From: Tubiluchus corallicola
Lineage: Eukaryota > Animalia > Priapulida
Length of the DNA: 64,000 bases
Assembly (NCBI GenBank): GCA_030141605.1
Contig: JAQGDQ010000042.1
Span: 620,001-684,000, forward strand
Reading direction: 5' to 3'
Position 1 is the first letter of the stretch; each line of letters begins with the position of its first letter. The notes below the pieces were generated by a model. It made no database searches and was not told where the DNA came from. It worked only from the letters and a program-made list of their open reading frames with translations. Below, piece after piece: positions 14,136 through 27,400 of this stretch. Position numbers and translations under genes: made by a program.

Positions 14136-17100
14136 ATGAATCGTCTTTCTGGATCATCGACGCCAAAATCTCCACCTCCAAATCTCTCGGACTGTATTAG
14201 TAATGTAAGTGCAACAGCCGCATTATTTAATAAATGTTAGTCTACATTTGTGTTTATGAAAACTGAAAAGCTTTTGAAAACTTTTTCAAGTCCAAAATAT
14301 TTAACATGTTTTAGCTATAAGCAGAAGAGTATTGATGGTAAAACTGTATGTGATGTGGGTGTTTGTGTTACGCTATAAATTGTAGTTGTCTCTGAATGGT
14401 GTTCAGATTTTGTGCCACGCTTATGATCTTGCTTCGGCTACTGGGTTCACGGACCGAAGTTTTGGTATAAAATATATATACCAGATCAGTCGGTGAGATT
14501 TACACATCAACCCGAACAGCGTGCACAGAATTAAAAAATTTTCAACATTTTAACTGCAGCAGCTTGAAACTATATTTGTATAGCAAATAGTGCTGTTTTG
14601 TTTGAGTGCAAAATAGATAAAAGGTGCATTTTAACCAATGGCGTGCCTGAATTACTGTTATACCCAACCAGCCGTGGTGTCGGGCGTAATTAACCGATTT
14701 AAATAACAATTAGCCAATCAAAAATAGCTCAAGTTGTTGTAGTGGCTGTTGGAACAACTGTTCAGTTAGAAAACTTGTATCACTTTTATACTACAAAAAT
14801 TATGTATAATAATCTTGCACTTTAGCCATTCAGCAATATAGATTTTTTTTTTATTAGTATTGGACAATTATTTTTATATGATGGCTTTTGAATCAGATTC
14901 ACATTGACTGAGAAAAGTTGAGAAATTTTCCTTGTATTTTAGGTTGACAGCCGTTCAGAGTCAATTGAAAAGAAAATATCCAAATTGGATGCAGAATTAA
15001 AAAAATACAAAGATCAGATGAAAAAGATGAGAGATGGACCTTCAAAAGTAAGGTTATTTTGTAGTAGTGAACAGCCCCGATAATTATTTAAATATGAACA
15101 CCCTGACCTGTATTTTGAACTTATTTTTTGCCGAAAAGACAATGCTTGTTTTTGTAGCTGGTATCAGAACTTTATTTGTTGCAATAATTTATACAAAATG
15201 GTTTTTAACCTAAGCATGATTACTGAGCATGTTTTTTATATTTTGTATGATTGTACAAACATATTTGCTTGCTTGTTGCTGCAACACGAAAAAGGAAGAT
15301 GTTTGTTATTTTGTTTCTCAAAAATTTTCTCTGTTTCTAGAATATGGTAAAGCAGAAAGCTATGCGAGTCTTAAAACAAAAAAGAATGTAAGTTTTGTGA
15401 TTCTCTGCTAAAATAGTTGCTTTCACTAAATGCATATCACCTTTTTCTTCTATTTTGACATGATAATTGTGAACTAACAAGTTATCGTATCTATTAATTT
15501 TGGTGGTGCGGAGTACATATGTATATATGTTTCGAGGCTACAGCTCCAATGACAGCACCATTTCCAGCAAAAGGTTTCGATCTACTATCTTGCCATGGGG
15601 GGTTTATTTTTCAAACCAGGCCCAATGGGATGAACGGGGGGGGGGTTGCAAAAAATGCCAGAAAGGGCTCTCTTTTGGCCGTTCTTTGCAAAACTCATAC
15701 TTCTTATTTCTGGAGAACAGGAATGGGCCACGATAGCCCGTTCAGCGGTGGATGGAGTATGCGTTTGAATTTGCGGGAGGGCCACGGTTCCCTGACTCAA
15801 CTCCTGATTGTTTCCAAAATTTGACTAAACAACCTACAGAAAAAACGTTCTAGCAGTGCCTGTTGAGTCTCTTGGAAGGAGATATATTATGGCTGTTTAG
15901 AAAGAGGAAGAAAACGGCTACATGATGGTGTGGGCTACATTTTAGGAAACCTCCACCGTGAGGAGCTGTGACGAGTTGATTGGAGATTCCATTTTGGACG
16001 ATTTTCGTTTGGAAAACTGCTGAAGCAAAGCCATTGTTCTGACGTCATTCCATTGTACTGTGTTTATAACTTTATATATTTCAGTAAAAGCTGCTGCTGG
16101 CTTTGCATTAGGTAAATAAACGAACACTAGGTAGAATGTTCGTGCATTGTTGATTATAAGTGGATTTATAAGCAAAATTTTTTGCAGGGCATTTGTTCAT
16201 AATCTGTTAATACATATGATGTTTTTTTCTTATTAAATATAAATGGTGATCAGTATGCCTGATTGATATTATTGATATCTTTCTTACAGGTATGAGCAGC
16301 AGCGAGACAATTTAATGCAGCAATCTTTCAATATGGAGCAGGCTAACTTTGCGACACAAACGCTTAAGGACACAAAAACAACGGTAAGGCATTCAGAGGC
16401 ATTCTTACACTTGTGCAAAACCAAAGTGAAAAAACTTTGGTGACAAAATAGATCAAATTGATGACAGTTAAGGTTTAGGTTTTTTCACGCCACTTTTATA
16501 CTATAGTACTGTTTCATACTTGTCAGGCACATGGCATATGCAATTTTCAGTTTTTAAATACTCCATTTTTATTAGGGTAGTTTGTATTTAAACATTTCAG
16601 TTTGTATGCAGTGCTGTTTTTACAGATATTAATAAGATTGAAATAACAAATCTTTTGTAAATATTTGTCAGTGCTGAATTCATTAAACTATAAATTAATT
16701 ATCAAGAGGTTATTTGTGTGTTCTTACTAATTAACTTGCTAAAATGAAATATCCTTGAGAGCTTTATCAAAATTTGCGCCTTAACATGAGGTTTAACTAT
16801 TTTGGTATGATAAATGCAACCACAGCTTCATGTCAGATGATATATGAAGTAGCATAAAACTGACTTTCCCTAAACAAGATATGTGATTCTAAATTTTTTT
16901 AATTACAGTCAGTTCTTGTTATAACGCCCAAATTTTTCACAAAACAAAATGTCTTTATTTGCATAGGCATGTAGGCATTAATGCACCTCGTTCTAATGCT
17001 GAACTCGTTACATCGCCAACTTTTTTGCTGTTCCTAAGTAGGTGATATAAAGAAGTTTTACTGTTTTAGTAATTTGTAGTGAATAATTGATCTTTCTATA

Positions 17101-20100
17101 ATAAAGGTTGATGCAATGAAAATGGGAATGAAAGAAATGAAGAAGGAATACAAAAAAGTTAACATTGATCAAATTGAGGTAAGTAAAATTCAATGCGTAA
17201 CTGTTCATCAAGCAGTCTAAAATGGATAAGCAAAATTGTAACATGGAGGAGTCTAATAAGTAAGCATTGCCTTATGCAAAGACAAGTCTAGATGCTATTC
17301 AAAAATAAGAGAGTAATTTTATAGATTTCTCTTTTGCTGGATTTCATGATTTTTATCAAAGCAAGCAGTATACATTATATACTGTTTCATTAATTTTGTC
17401 ATGCTTTAAACCGTTTCACAGTTGTCTGGTATTTTAAGTAGGTGATACTAACTGTAACTACTTTCTGTTTTGGACAGTAGAACTTGTAAACGTAACAAGT
17501 TACCCTGTAACAAGTCTGTGCACTCTAATAGTACTTGCAGTAATCCTCAGTATAATATACTTGTACAAGCTTGACATTTCAATTTGTATAAGCTAACCAA
17601 GTTATTAAAGTTAAAAATGTTTGAAACAAGATTACTATAGCAATAGATATTCAGCCGTGTTGTAAACATTTCTGTCACTAACAAATAAGTAACAGGAAAT
17701 GTAACGTTCTCTTTTAAAATTGTAAAATATTCAGCACCGTATAGTACTACGGCATTAATCCGGTATTTCATTTACTATAAAGATTGTCATTTTTATTTTA
17801 AGAAATAAACTGTAAGTGTCATTTTACAGTGTGCTGAAAATTTGCCACTTTCAGAATCTGCAAGATGATTTGGAAGACATGTTAGAACAAGCTAATGAAG
17901 TACAAGAGACGCTTGGTCGATCGTATGGAATGCCAGAATTAGATGATGATGAACTTGAAGCTGGTATGTTCTTGCTTGTTAAACTTTTATCACTCTCTAT
18001 CATTATTGTTCTTACATTAATTTATGTATTACCCAATGTCACAAAAATTGTATTCACTTGTTAGAATCAATGGCGCACTATAACATGGAATTTTGTAGCG
18101 TGCATTCACACATCCTTTACATATGCAAATACCTAGTGCTAGTTGTTTACAGGTACTTTACTTTGATTTAGTTATATGCCACCAGTAAGCTCCGCCGCTG
18201 TTGTCTTTCCCAGGCACAAACCTGTCATAATAAGAATCAGCGCTCTCGCACTGCTGATGCATAATAAACAACGTTCATCTTTACAAATTTACTGATAAAA
18301 ATAAAAATTAGTTTGTTAAAATAAATTGATTTTTAGTATAAATAGATCAGTAAAACAGTACATTTTTGTGCCCAAATTGTAAACAAAATGTATTTACTGT
18401 ATAACATATAGAACAAACTGTGGCAAACCACAATGCAAACTGTTATTTACAATCCTCGCTAGCCTCAGCTTATCTACAAAGTTCAGATTACTGGTTAAAG
18501 CAGGTATACATTGTAGAGGTTAGGTACCCTGTGTACTTGACACAGTTTCAAAGGTGGAAAAGAAGCCAGAGCGTAAACAGAAAATAGTTATCTGGTTTAG
18601 TATGTTAGAATGTTGCTGAGTCCTAATTTTGCTATAATTCAAAATTTAAGTCAGGTTGCCGACAGAATTACAACATTGTGTTTATGAAGTAGCAGTATGC
18701 AGTTTCTCCAAGCCGTATTTACAGTCCCTGCATTGTAAACTCTAAAGTCTGTGGACTGCTGACTCAAGTACTATGTATGACTTGCTTATTATTGTCAGAA
18801 ATTAATTCGATTCTCGTCCCACATGTTAAAAGATAATAAAGGCTTTTCAATTTTTACTTGTTTGTCAGATATTATGTTAAGCTGTTTCAACAGAGCACAG
18901 AAAACTGCACACAATTATGCGAGAGCAATATCATGCTTGAATTAACTCCATCCTTTATTATAGCAATATTATGCACTTAAGCCTCTAAGACATTTAGCTT
19001 AGCTGTGGCTAGGTGTTGTTTGCCGCTAAGAGGCTAAATGATTCCTACACTGAGTATAGAGTACTGATGCTCTATGCCACCGCCACTGATTCTAATCACA
19101 TTACTTAAATTCATTGCCGAAAAATCTGTGTAACGGATGTAACACATGTCCATGAATACTCAGATTGCATTTTTCACATGCTTCACCACACTGCATGCCG
19201 AAATCTGCCACTTGAGAACAGGGCTTATTCAATGAGATTTTGTAGCATGACTGAAGCATGGCTCAAGTATCAACGATATCCCTTTAAGATGAGCCACTAA
19301 ACCAGCAAAGGTGTCTCAAGTACGACTGCATGTATTCATATCCTCTCACTACAAAGTAAACAAATGATACCCAGTCCTGAGTGAGCTAGTATCAAAAAAA
19401 GAACCCGACATGCCTGTCCAATCAGCCTTGAATCTCATCACATCTTACGTTGTCATTAAAACTAACTATGTAGCAGAAGAATAAATAATTGTTGTTTAGC
19501 ATAAATATTTGTTTTTTGTGGGAAGATTTTGTGAATTTAGCCATTACATGCACATGGCCTGTTTATTATTAAACATAAAAAGTTAACTTTTGTTTGCAAA
19601 AAATGTTTTTAAACTCAATTTGTCTGTTTAAGCCATAATTTTTTGGTAACATTCCATAGTGTCTTCTATGTTAATAGTGTAATTATTTAGTTTTGTTTCA
19701 ACTTATTATCAAGTTAAATTCTATTTAAAGCTGAACTTTTTATTTTCAGAACTTGACGCTCTTGGAGATGAAATAGCTTTAGATGACGATACATCATTTT
19801 TAGATGATGCTATTTCAGCGCCCAATGCTCCCAGTAAAGAACCAGGAGCAGACAGTATAGCAGTTAGTGAGGTGAGAAAACCCTCAATTTGCACTTGCTT
19901 TTTGTTAAAGGAAAAGGCAAAGGTCATTAACCCGGTCATACAATTTTTAGTACAACTAATTAACAATTAAATGTTCTGAAATTATCATGCAATGTCTCTA
20001 CTTCCTGCTCTAAGATTGACCAAACATACTTGTATTGATTTTTATCTCCCATCCATAGGCGTAGCATAGGTGTGGGACACGGGGTAATCGCTCCGGGCGC

Positions 20101-21729
20101 AAGGGTGAGAGAACGCAAAAGTTTTTTAGAGTTCAATGACTGTTACTTATTAATTACTAATCTGACATTTACAAAATTATTAACAAAAGTTTTCAAACTA
20201 TGACAAAATTGCATAGTCAGAGATCATCATAGCTAATTTAATTACTATGTACAGCCTAAAAAGGCCAATGTTGCTGGTTAATAGTGTGTGTAGAGTGTTG
20301 TGCCTCTTTGCAGATCGATAATTTTGGGAAAAACAGTGGCGTCATTCTCTAAGTGCTGATTTTATTATTGTGAACACCTGTGAATGTTTAAGGACTGTCG
20401 TGTTACACACAACTAATGCATAGAAAAGAGTCACTCTGGTGCAGTACCGCAAATCCAAACTCAGGGCGATTCTTAGAAAAAATTCGATTTCTGTATCTCC
20501 TCATGCCGGGCTCAGGGACATAAGAAACGTGCACAATTTGCAGCTTCACCCACGAAACAAATGATCAGAACATTAAAAAGTTAGGGCTCCAAAAATTTTT
20601 TGGCCAGTGGATGCGATATGCACTTGTTGCACCACCGAAAGTTTTTGTTACCATATGAAGGCAATTCTAAAGTTTTGCAGCTGACTCAGAAATATCACAA
20701 ATTTTCCTATTTAAATCTTTGTATCTAAATTTAGGAACACAAAAATTTATAACTTTTTTATTGAAAATTGTCGTAACAACCTTCTTGTGCACACACAGTT
20801 TTAATCTGTAATAAATACTGCAAGTACTGTACATAATAAAATTGTAGATTTGTGTTCACTGTTCACAGGCTAATTTTTTGGAGTTTAAGTTTCGGCTTGT
20901 TAGAATAACTATTTCGCCGCTTTGTCTTAGTGCACTGGCCAAGTTGCAGAGTTACTGTACTATTGTTAGTGTAAAAATTTGTTATAATGAAATAAAATGG
21001 GATTTGTAAGATCAATCATCTAACTTTATTGTATATTGTTTTTGTATGAGAGAAATGAATAAATTGAAATTTAAATTCAAATGAATGACCATCATTTTAA
21101 AAAAAATTTACTAACTGTTGTGGAGATTGCTGACGTCAAGTAGAAGTGCATGGAACATCACAGAATGTTCCGTCGGGATGACCGCCTTAGCATCTGGATT
21201 GTTCTCGAACATTTGTTCGAGAAGTTTCTCCAGCGCGCTATATAAGGCGAAGCAGGCTGCCGACACGGGATCGCACATCTCACACAGATCTAACACAGAC
21301 TCATACTTGTATACTTACCTTTTCAGATATACTTAAACGTTTTCCAGATTTTCACGTTTAGTATAATCATTTCTTGTTCCTTCATCTTTGTGTTATAGAA
21401 TTCTCGCTGAAATAAAGTAGTTTTATTTGACGGCGTGTTTTCTGGTTTTCGCTACGAGCCTGCCGAGAGAAACAAAACACAACACTAACTACACAGACTT
21501 TTGTACTGTTGAAGCTTTCCAAGAAGTTTACATTTCGCCACACAGTTTAAAAATCCTAACTCTAATTCACTTCACGAACTGATTTCTTGTGTGTGAGGAA
21601 TTGTAAAGTAAGCTTTGCCTTTTCCTTCTGATTCATTGGTACAGTAATGTAATTACCATAATCGAATAATCGCTCTTTTAGGGAGGAGTGCCAGTTGATG
21701 AATTCGGATTACCACAATTGCGTGCATAG
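14136..21729 (+). CDS. CHMP5: CHMP5 copy 2 (tandem duplicate); 8 exons, open reading frame intact, 221 aa
   Basis: Exons 14136-14204, 14943-15047, 15341-15387, 16290-16383, 17107-17178, 17855-17963, 19750-19871, 21682-21729; same phases as copy 1, no stops or frameshifts; 6 aa differences from copy 1. Expression unknown. Confidence 0.9.
21116..21484 (+). mobile_element. Solo LTR inserted in intron 7 of CHMP5 copy 2
   Basis: TGTTGTG...CACAACA termini, 5-bp TSD CTAAC on both sides, internal TATATAAG and AATAAA; empty site present in copy 1 (~9671). Confidence 0.92.
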
Positions 21730-24499
21730 AGCTCCACTCGTCATTTGACTGTCGTTTTGTTTGTGAGGACTGGCAGTTGACTCCTCTGTGATATAGATGT
21801 ATATTATAAAATGATATATTCTTGTTTATAAAACTTTGAGCTTTGTTAAAAGATCAAACAATTTCCAATTGAAAACTAAAAATGGATTTACATCTTAAAA
21901 AGCATGGGAAAACATGAGCAACTAGCAAGTCACATTTTTGTTATATCTTCTTGGCTAATAAGGCAAGAATATTCTAAAAACAATATAAATTGAACATTTT
22001 GTGTCATTTGATTATTAGAAACCATTACCGGATCTTAGGTTAGAATATTTAACATTAAACTTTTCACAAATTTGTATTAATTTTCATTGTAAAGTAACAA
22101 GTGTTATTAATTGTACAGATAAAATATGTATCACTGAATTTCATTTTTTCAGTTTTAATTCCTATTTTCTAGCAAAATTTTATTTAGGAATACTTGTTGA
22201 TATCATTTATTTATTTAGATGTTTCCTAGATGTAATGTAATGAAATCATTTTTGGATTGTTTATGCATTATTAATCACCATAAATATTTGCAATTTTAAA
22301 GCAGCTTGTCAATATTATGCAAAACAAAAGTTATCCTTCGCTCCATTTGAGGGCATGAAAAGTATTCAAAATATGAATGCCTGAAGTGAATGCATCAGCT
22401 TTACTGATACATATTATGCCACTTTGTCTGTTGTTGTATTGTTGAGATGGACACAGTTGGCAATATCCCATTCCTACCACTGTAAATAATGTGACAGTAA
22501 CTACATTTGCAACATGTTGGCGTTATGATTAGCCCTTTCCTGCCTGTGAGTTTTATATTATCAGAGCTTAGCGTATATGGAAAAATCTTTGACATAGTAT
22601 AGCAAAAGTAATAATTTAGTATTATTGGAACCAACTATTCTTTGGCTTTAATTAACAGTTTATACATTTGAATGTGAAAGAACTATTATAAACTTAATTA
22701 GAGTATAATAAGGTGTGAATTATTTGTTTTTTTGTGAGTTTATTATTTGGTGTTTTACGTATTACATTTTCAAAATTCCACTGTTATAAACAGTTAAATA
22801 AGTTTTTACAGGTCGTGAAATACATAATTCACCAAGTGTAATAATCTTTTGGGATTAGGCTGTACAAAAAGCATTACTGCAAATTAATTGGTAACGAAAT
22901 TTACAGTTTATTACTAGCCAATTTTCGATACACTTGCATGCTGTATTTTGTTGAAGAACTTGTTTCTTATGCCGAAAACAAAATCATCATAAAAATTACT
23001 TGTTTTATGTTAGTGGCTGTTCTGGTCTTCATCTTTTTAAGAAAAACAAGATGGTTTTTCATATAGTATCCAATTTTAATGTATGGTAAAAGTATGCATT
23101 TTAACACCTATAATAATGGCAAAAACAGAAATTGAAATACCGTGATACTGTACAATATTCAGTGTGATATTCAAAAAGTTAAGCCATATTTTAAGTTTAA
23201 AATTCAATGATTTTAAATAAATTCATTCTTGAAAAAATAGTATGTTACCTTTCAATATGGTAAATTGTTTTGAGCTGTAGTTTAAAATTGGGTTCAGTTT
23301 TCATTTAATCAGATTAAGATTCTTCAGCAAATTGTATGTTTTGATCAATTACTGTGAATACCTGACAACTGCATAAAAAGCATCTTGTTCTGCAAAAGTA
23401 CAAAAATCAAATAAAAATACAGCCAAATAACATTAATTATTTGTAAGTGACATAACTTGTCTGCAGTTGGTTGAGTGATTATAAAGTTGACCGGACAAGA
23501 GACCTAGTTAATTTTACTGATTTACAAATGCAGTTCTTTTTGTTACAGATAATATGAGCAAATGAGCATCATATTGTAGATTAGATTGTATAAAAGCAAA
23601 ATTATACTTCACTACAAAGGCGCACCCAAAAAAATATAAACACTTCGTCTTAAATTTAAGCAGCATGAAATACTGATGAAAAGTAATGCTGACGAATCAA
23701 GAACCAAAAATCTATCTCTGACAGGTTTAATTAGCAAATTAACCTAAATGTACTTTTCATCTCTAAAAGTTTGCATTATGCAGTTTCATATATTATTTCT
23801 CTTGTCAGCACAGGAAGGCTTGAATAGATTAACAATGTACAAAAAATACTATAGCACATTCAAGAATCTCGTTTTTTGCCGTACTTGAACCAAAAAAAAA
23901 ACAAAACAACTACACTGTTGTAGAATCTAACAAAACAATGATTGCAAACTGGAGAAAAGCCAGGAGAATTAATGCAAGAAACTTAATCAATCTTGGTTTC
24001 TACAGAAACAACAAATACTAGAAAATTCAGAAACAACAAATATATGATTACAATCAATCATAAACTAAAGGATAAAATATGGTTGTTCAGACAAAAGTAA
24101 ATCCATTAGGTTGAAAAGGCTAGCAGAAAATACACCAAGCCAACATTATTAGGACCCTTTAATGCCCAGATATACACTGTGTACAGGTTCAGTCAAGGAT
24201 GTGGTGTAATCTAGTTTGCAATGGTAGTGATTTTTTTCAGTTTTTTTTTTTGTTAAACATCATTTGAGTATAGGACTACAGATTCAATTTTATTTCACTT
24301 TTTTGCTGTCTCAGTGCATAAAATTTCCTCCACTAGACAAACAAATTTTAGGTCACAAAGGTAAAAGACTTAAGAATGCTCAAGTTTCTTGCAAACAATA
24401 CTTATACATTAGTATTTTTTCTCGTTTTTGTCTGCCAGTTAAATAAAGCCTAATGTAGAAATAGGCTGTAATCCAAAATGTGACAAACACCAGCCACAT

Positions 24500-27400
24500 T
24501 TACTTCTTCCGGCCTCCTCTCTCTTTCACTTGCAAATGAACACGAGATCCAGGAGCAAAATTGTAAAATGCAAGCGAATTCGAATCTTTGATAAACAGCG
24601 TCTGCAACATAAAAGATTATTTATCTCAAAACAGGTCAGGCAAAAATAGAGAAGATAACTGTAATGCTCTAAAAAGGTGCTTGTTTTTTTAAACAAGAAG
24701 GTGCTATAATAAACTAATGAAGTAACTAATTATATCATTGGTGAAGATGTGCATAAAAGTGTTTTCAATGCAGGGATATTTCAATTAAGCTATATTTTAT
24801 TCACGAATCCAAAAACACAGCACATTTACTATACCTTGTAACACTAATGTAGGCACACGCATTAACAGAGACATCATGCTACTAACGGCTAACTAACTGA
24901 ATAAGAAGGCGCTGAAAAACTGTGTATTGACTAGGGTTTGAACCCACAACTTGTGTATTTATGGTACATGCTTCACCACTTCAGCTACTAATTCAACATG
25001 GTAAAGCCTGGTCTGATATCTCACCCTAGCAAGCCACAATCAGTCAGAGCCACCTATCTGCTACCACTTACACTTGAATATACTCGCAAGTGAGAAATGA
25101 TTTGAACGGTGATGCACATATGCTCACTACACACATACATTACTTGAAAAGTCAAAATGAAAATATACAGCTATAGCAAACTTACATCCATCTGCAGTTT
25201 TTGTTTTCCAGCAGGCATTCCTGTGACTTCGTGTATTTTTGCTTTAATAACAGACACCTGCAAAAACACAATATAAACTGGCTTAACAGTTAACATAACA
25301 ACGATTAACATTGATAATTTGCTTGTATCTTGTTTATACAGTAGACTACACATGACTCGAATTCTTGCGTATCTTGAACAGATCTCGTGGAATGGATTTT
25401 CCCTTTCGTTTTGCCCTTTAACAAACATCTTGCAAGTCGAAATCTGTAACTCGAATTATCATGTAATTCAAATCGAATTCCCGGTGCAATTCTTAACAAT
25501 CTGATTGAAATTACCTTGCCTATTTCGGACAGCCTCTCAAACGATAAATCCTACATGAAAGCGTGCACCACATTATGATTTTAGCTGCTAGTTTCAGCAA
25601 AAAAGTTAGATTTTTTGTATTATATTAGCAGAGTGCTGTACACAACATGGCTTAACGAACGTGGTTTAATGTAGATCACAATATTATTATTCTGTCAACC
25701 CTGCTACTCAGATTACAATAGAGGTGGACCAGCATTCTTTTTCATTATTCATAAACATTGTTGTTTGATATTTTATTAAAGGCTCAGTTTGCTATTTTTA
25801 CAGGCTGTAGTGTTACTAGTGTATTGTCCAACGTTGATGAGTGACTCAATTTCGTTTTCTTATGAACATTGTCTAACTCGTACTTTCGCATAACTTGAAC
25901 AAATTTTCCAGTCCCGAGGTGTTCGAGTTATACATAGTTTACTGTATTTGCTGCAGCATTACACTGCTTTGTGATGCACTGTTACTTTTTGAAGTAGGCT
26001 TTATACATTACTGCAGTACAAGTAAGGCTCTCGCCTCTTAAATGTATAAAGGGGAAAGTGAAATAAACTACAGCAGGCACCACTTAATAGACTCACTTTG
26101 GGATGAGTGTTTTGACTCAATTAATCAAATGAATCTATTAACTGATGGGTGTAGCATTATGAGTCATCACTCATCACCTTAGCATGCATTACAAAGGCTT
26201 TAAATGAATTTTAGAAACAAATTAGTGTCAAAACTCCCATGTCCAATTATTTAAGAATATGTGCAATTATTAAGAATACTAATTCATATAAGGGAATTTT
26301 AGAAAAGAAAAGAAAAAAATCGCACAAAGCTGCTTATTTACACTAAAAATTTCAACAATTCGTGCAAGGTCGATTGCTTCATTTCTTCACGAAGAAGTTG
26401 GTTTATGAAGTTCTCATACTGACAAAAACATTGAAAATCAGGTGTTGTATGCTGCATATGTTGCACTCAAAGCACCTGTTGCTTTACATGCTTGAGCTGC
26501 AGTTGATGACGCCTATGTTTTCCCTGTGAAAATTAGCGGAAGCTTCGAAAGCAAACAGCAGGGCAAGTGATTAAGTTTAACTTCCAGAAACAACGAGGTT
26601 AATTTCAGCAGACGAGTACTAACAGACTCAAAGCAAAACCACTGCACTAGCATATCAGCATGTGATAAATGCACCTGATTACAAACAAAACCAGACTTAA
26701 TATGATTGTTTCTACATACATTGTAGTGCACAGAAGACGAATAAAAATGGCATAAAAATGTTAACAGTAAAAGTTTTTTCATCACACAAAAGTATCTTAT
26801 TTTAAGCACATGAAGCAAAAATGTTGAATCAATTATAAGGAGATGTTTGAGTCAATTGTCGACAATTTTTATATACATTTGAACAGGAGTAGCCTACCAG
26901 ATGTTTTTGAGTCCATGGGGTGACTGATTCTATTAACTGTGAGTCTAACAAATGGCACCTATTGTACAATTAATATTTAGTGTTAATTCAACATATACCT
27001 AACAAGCTGCATTAGTTGTATACTTACATTACCTACATTAAACATCAGTGGTTTACAAATTATAATAGCCACCTTTTTTGATATTTCTTTTACTATGGCT
27101 ACTGCATCATACATAACGGTTTTTACATACTAGCTGCAAAAATCTTGCTTAGAGTATTAAGGTTCCATTATTTCTTACCGTATCAGTGAGTGGCATGCTG
27201 AAGGTAAGCAGTTGTCCATTGAGTTTCCATTCAGGCTTGTCAGGTATGTTAGGAATAGCAACCGAAAATGAAACAGAGCTCTGAAACAAATGTTCAAATT
27301 ATACTAAAATCGAACACAATGCACTGTGAACAATGCATCTACTTATTTTATCATCTAATCCAAGTCGATTAATAAATACGAAATCAGAAGTTTATGTGCA

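Larger units (their letters stand above)
14030..23235 (+). repeat. Tandem segmental duplication, unit 2
   Basis: Direct copy of ~2500-11625 with small indels, a solo-LTR insertion (21116-21484) and an internal deletion in the terminal MITE. Confidence 0.93.
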
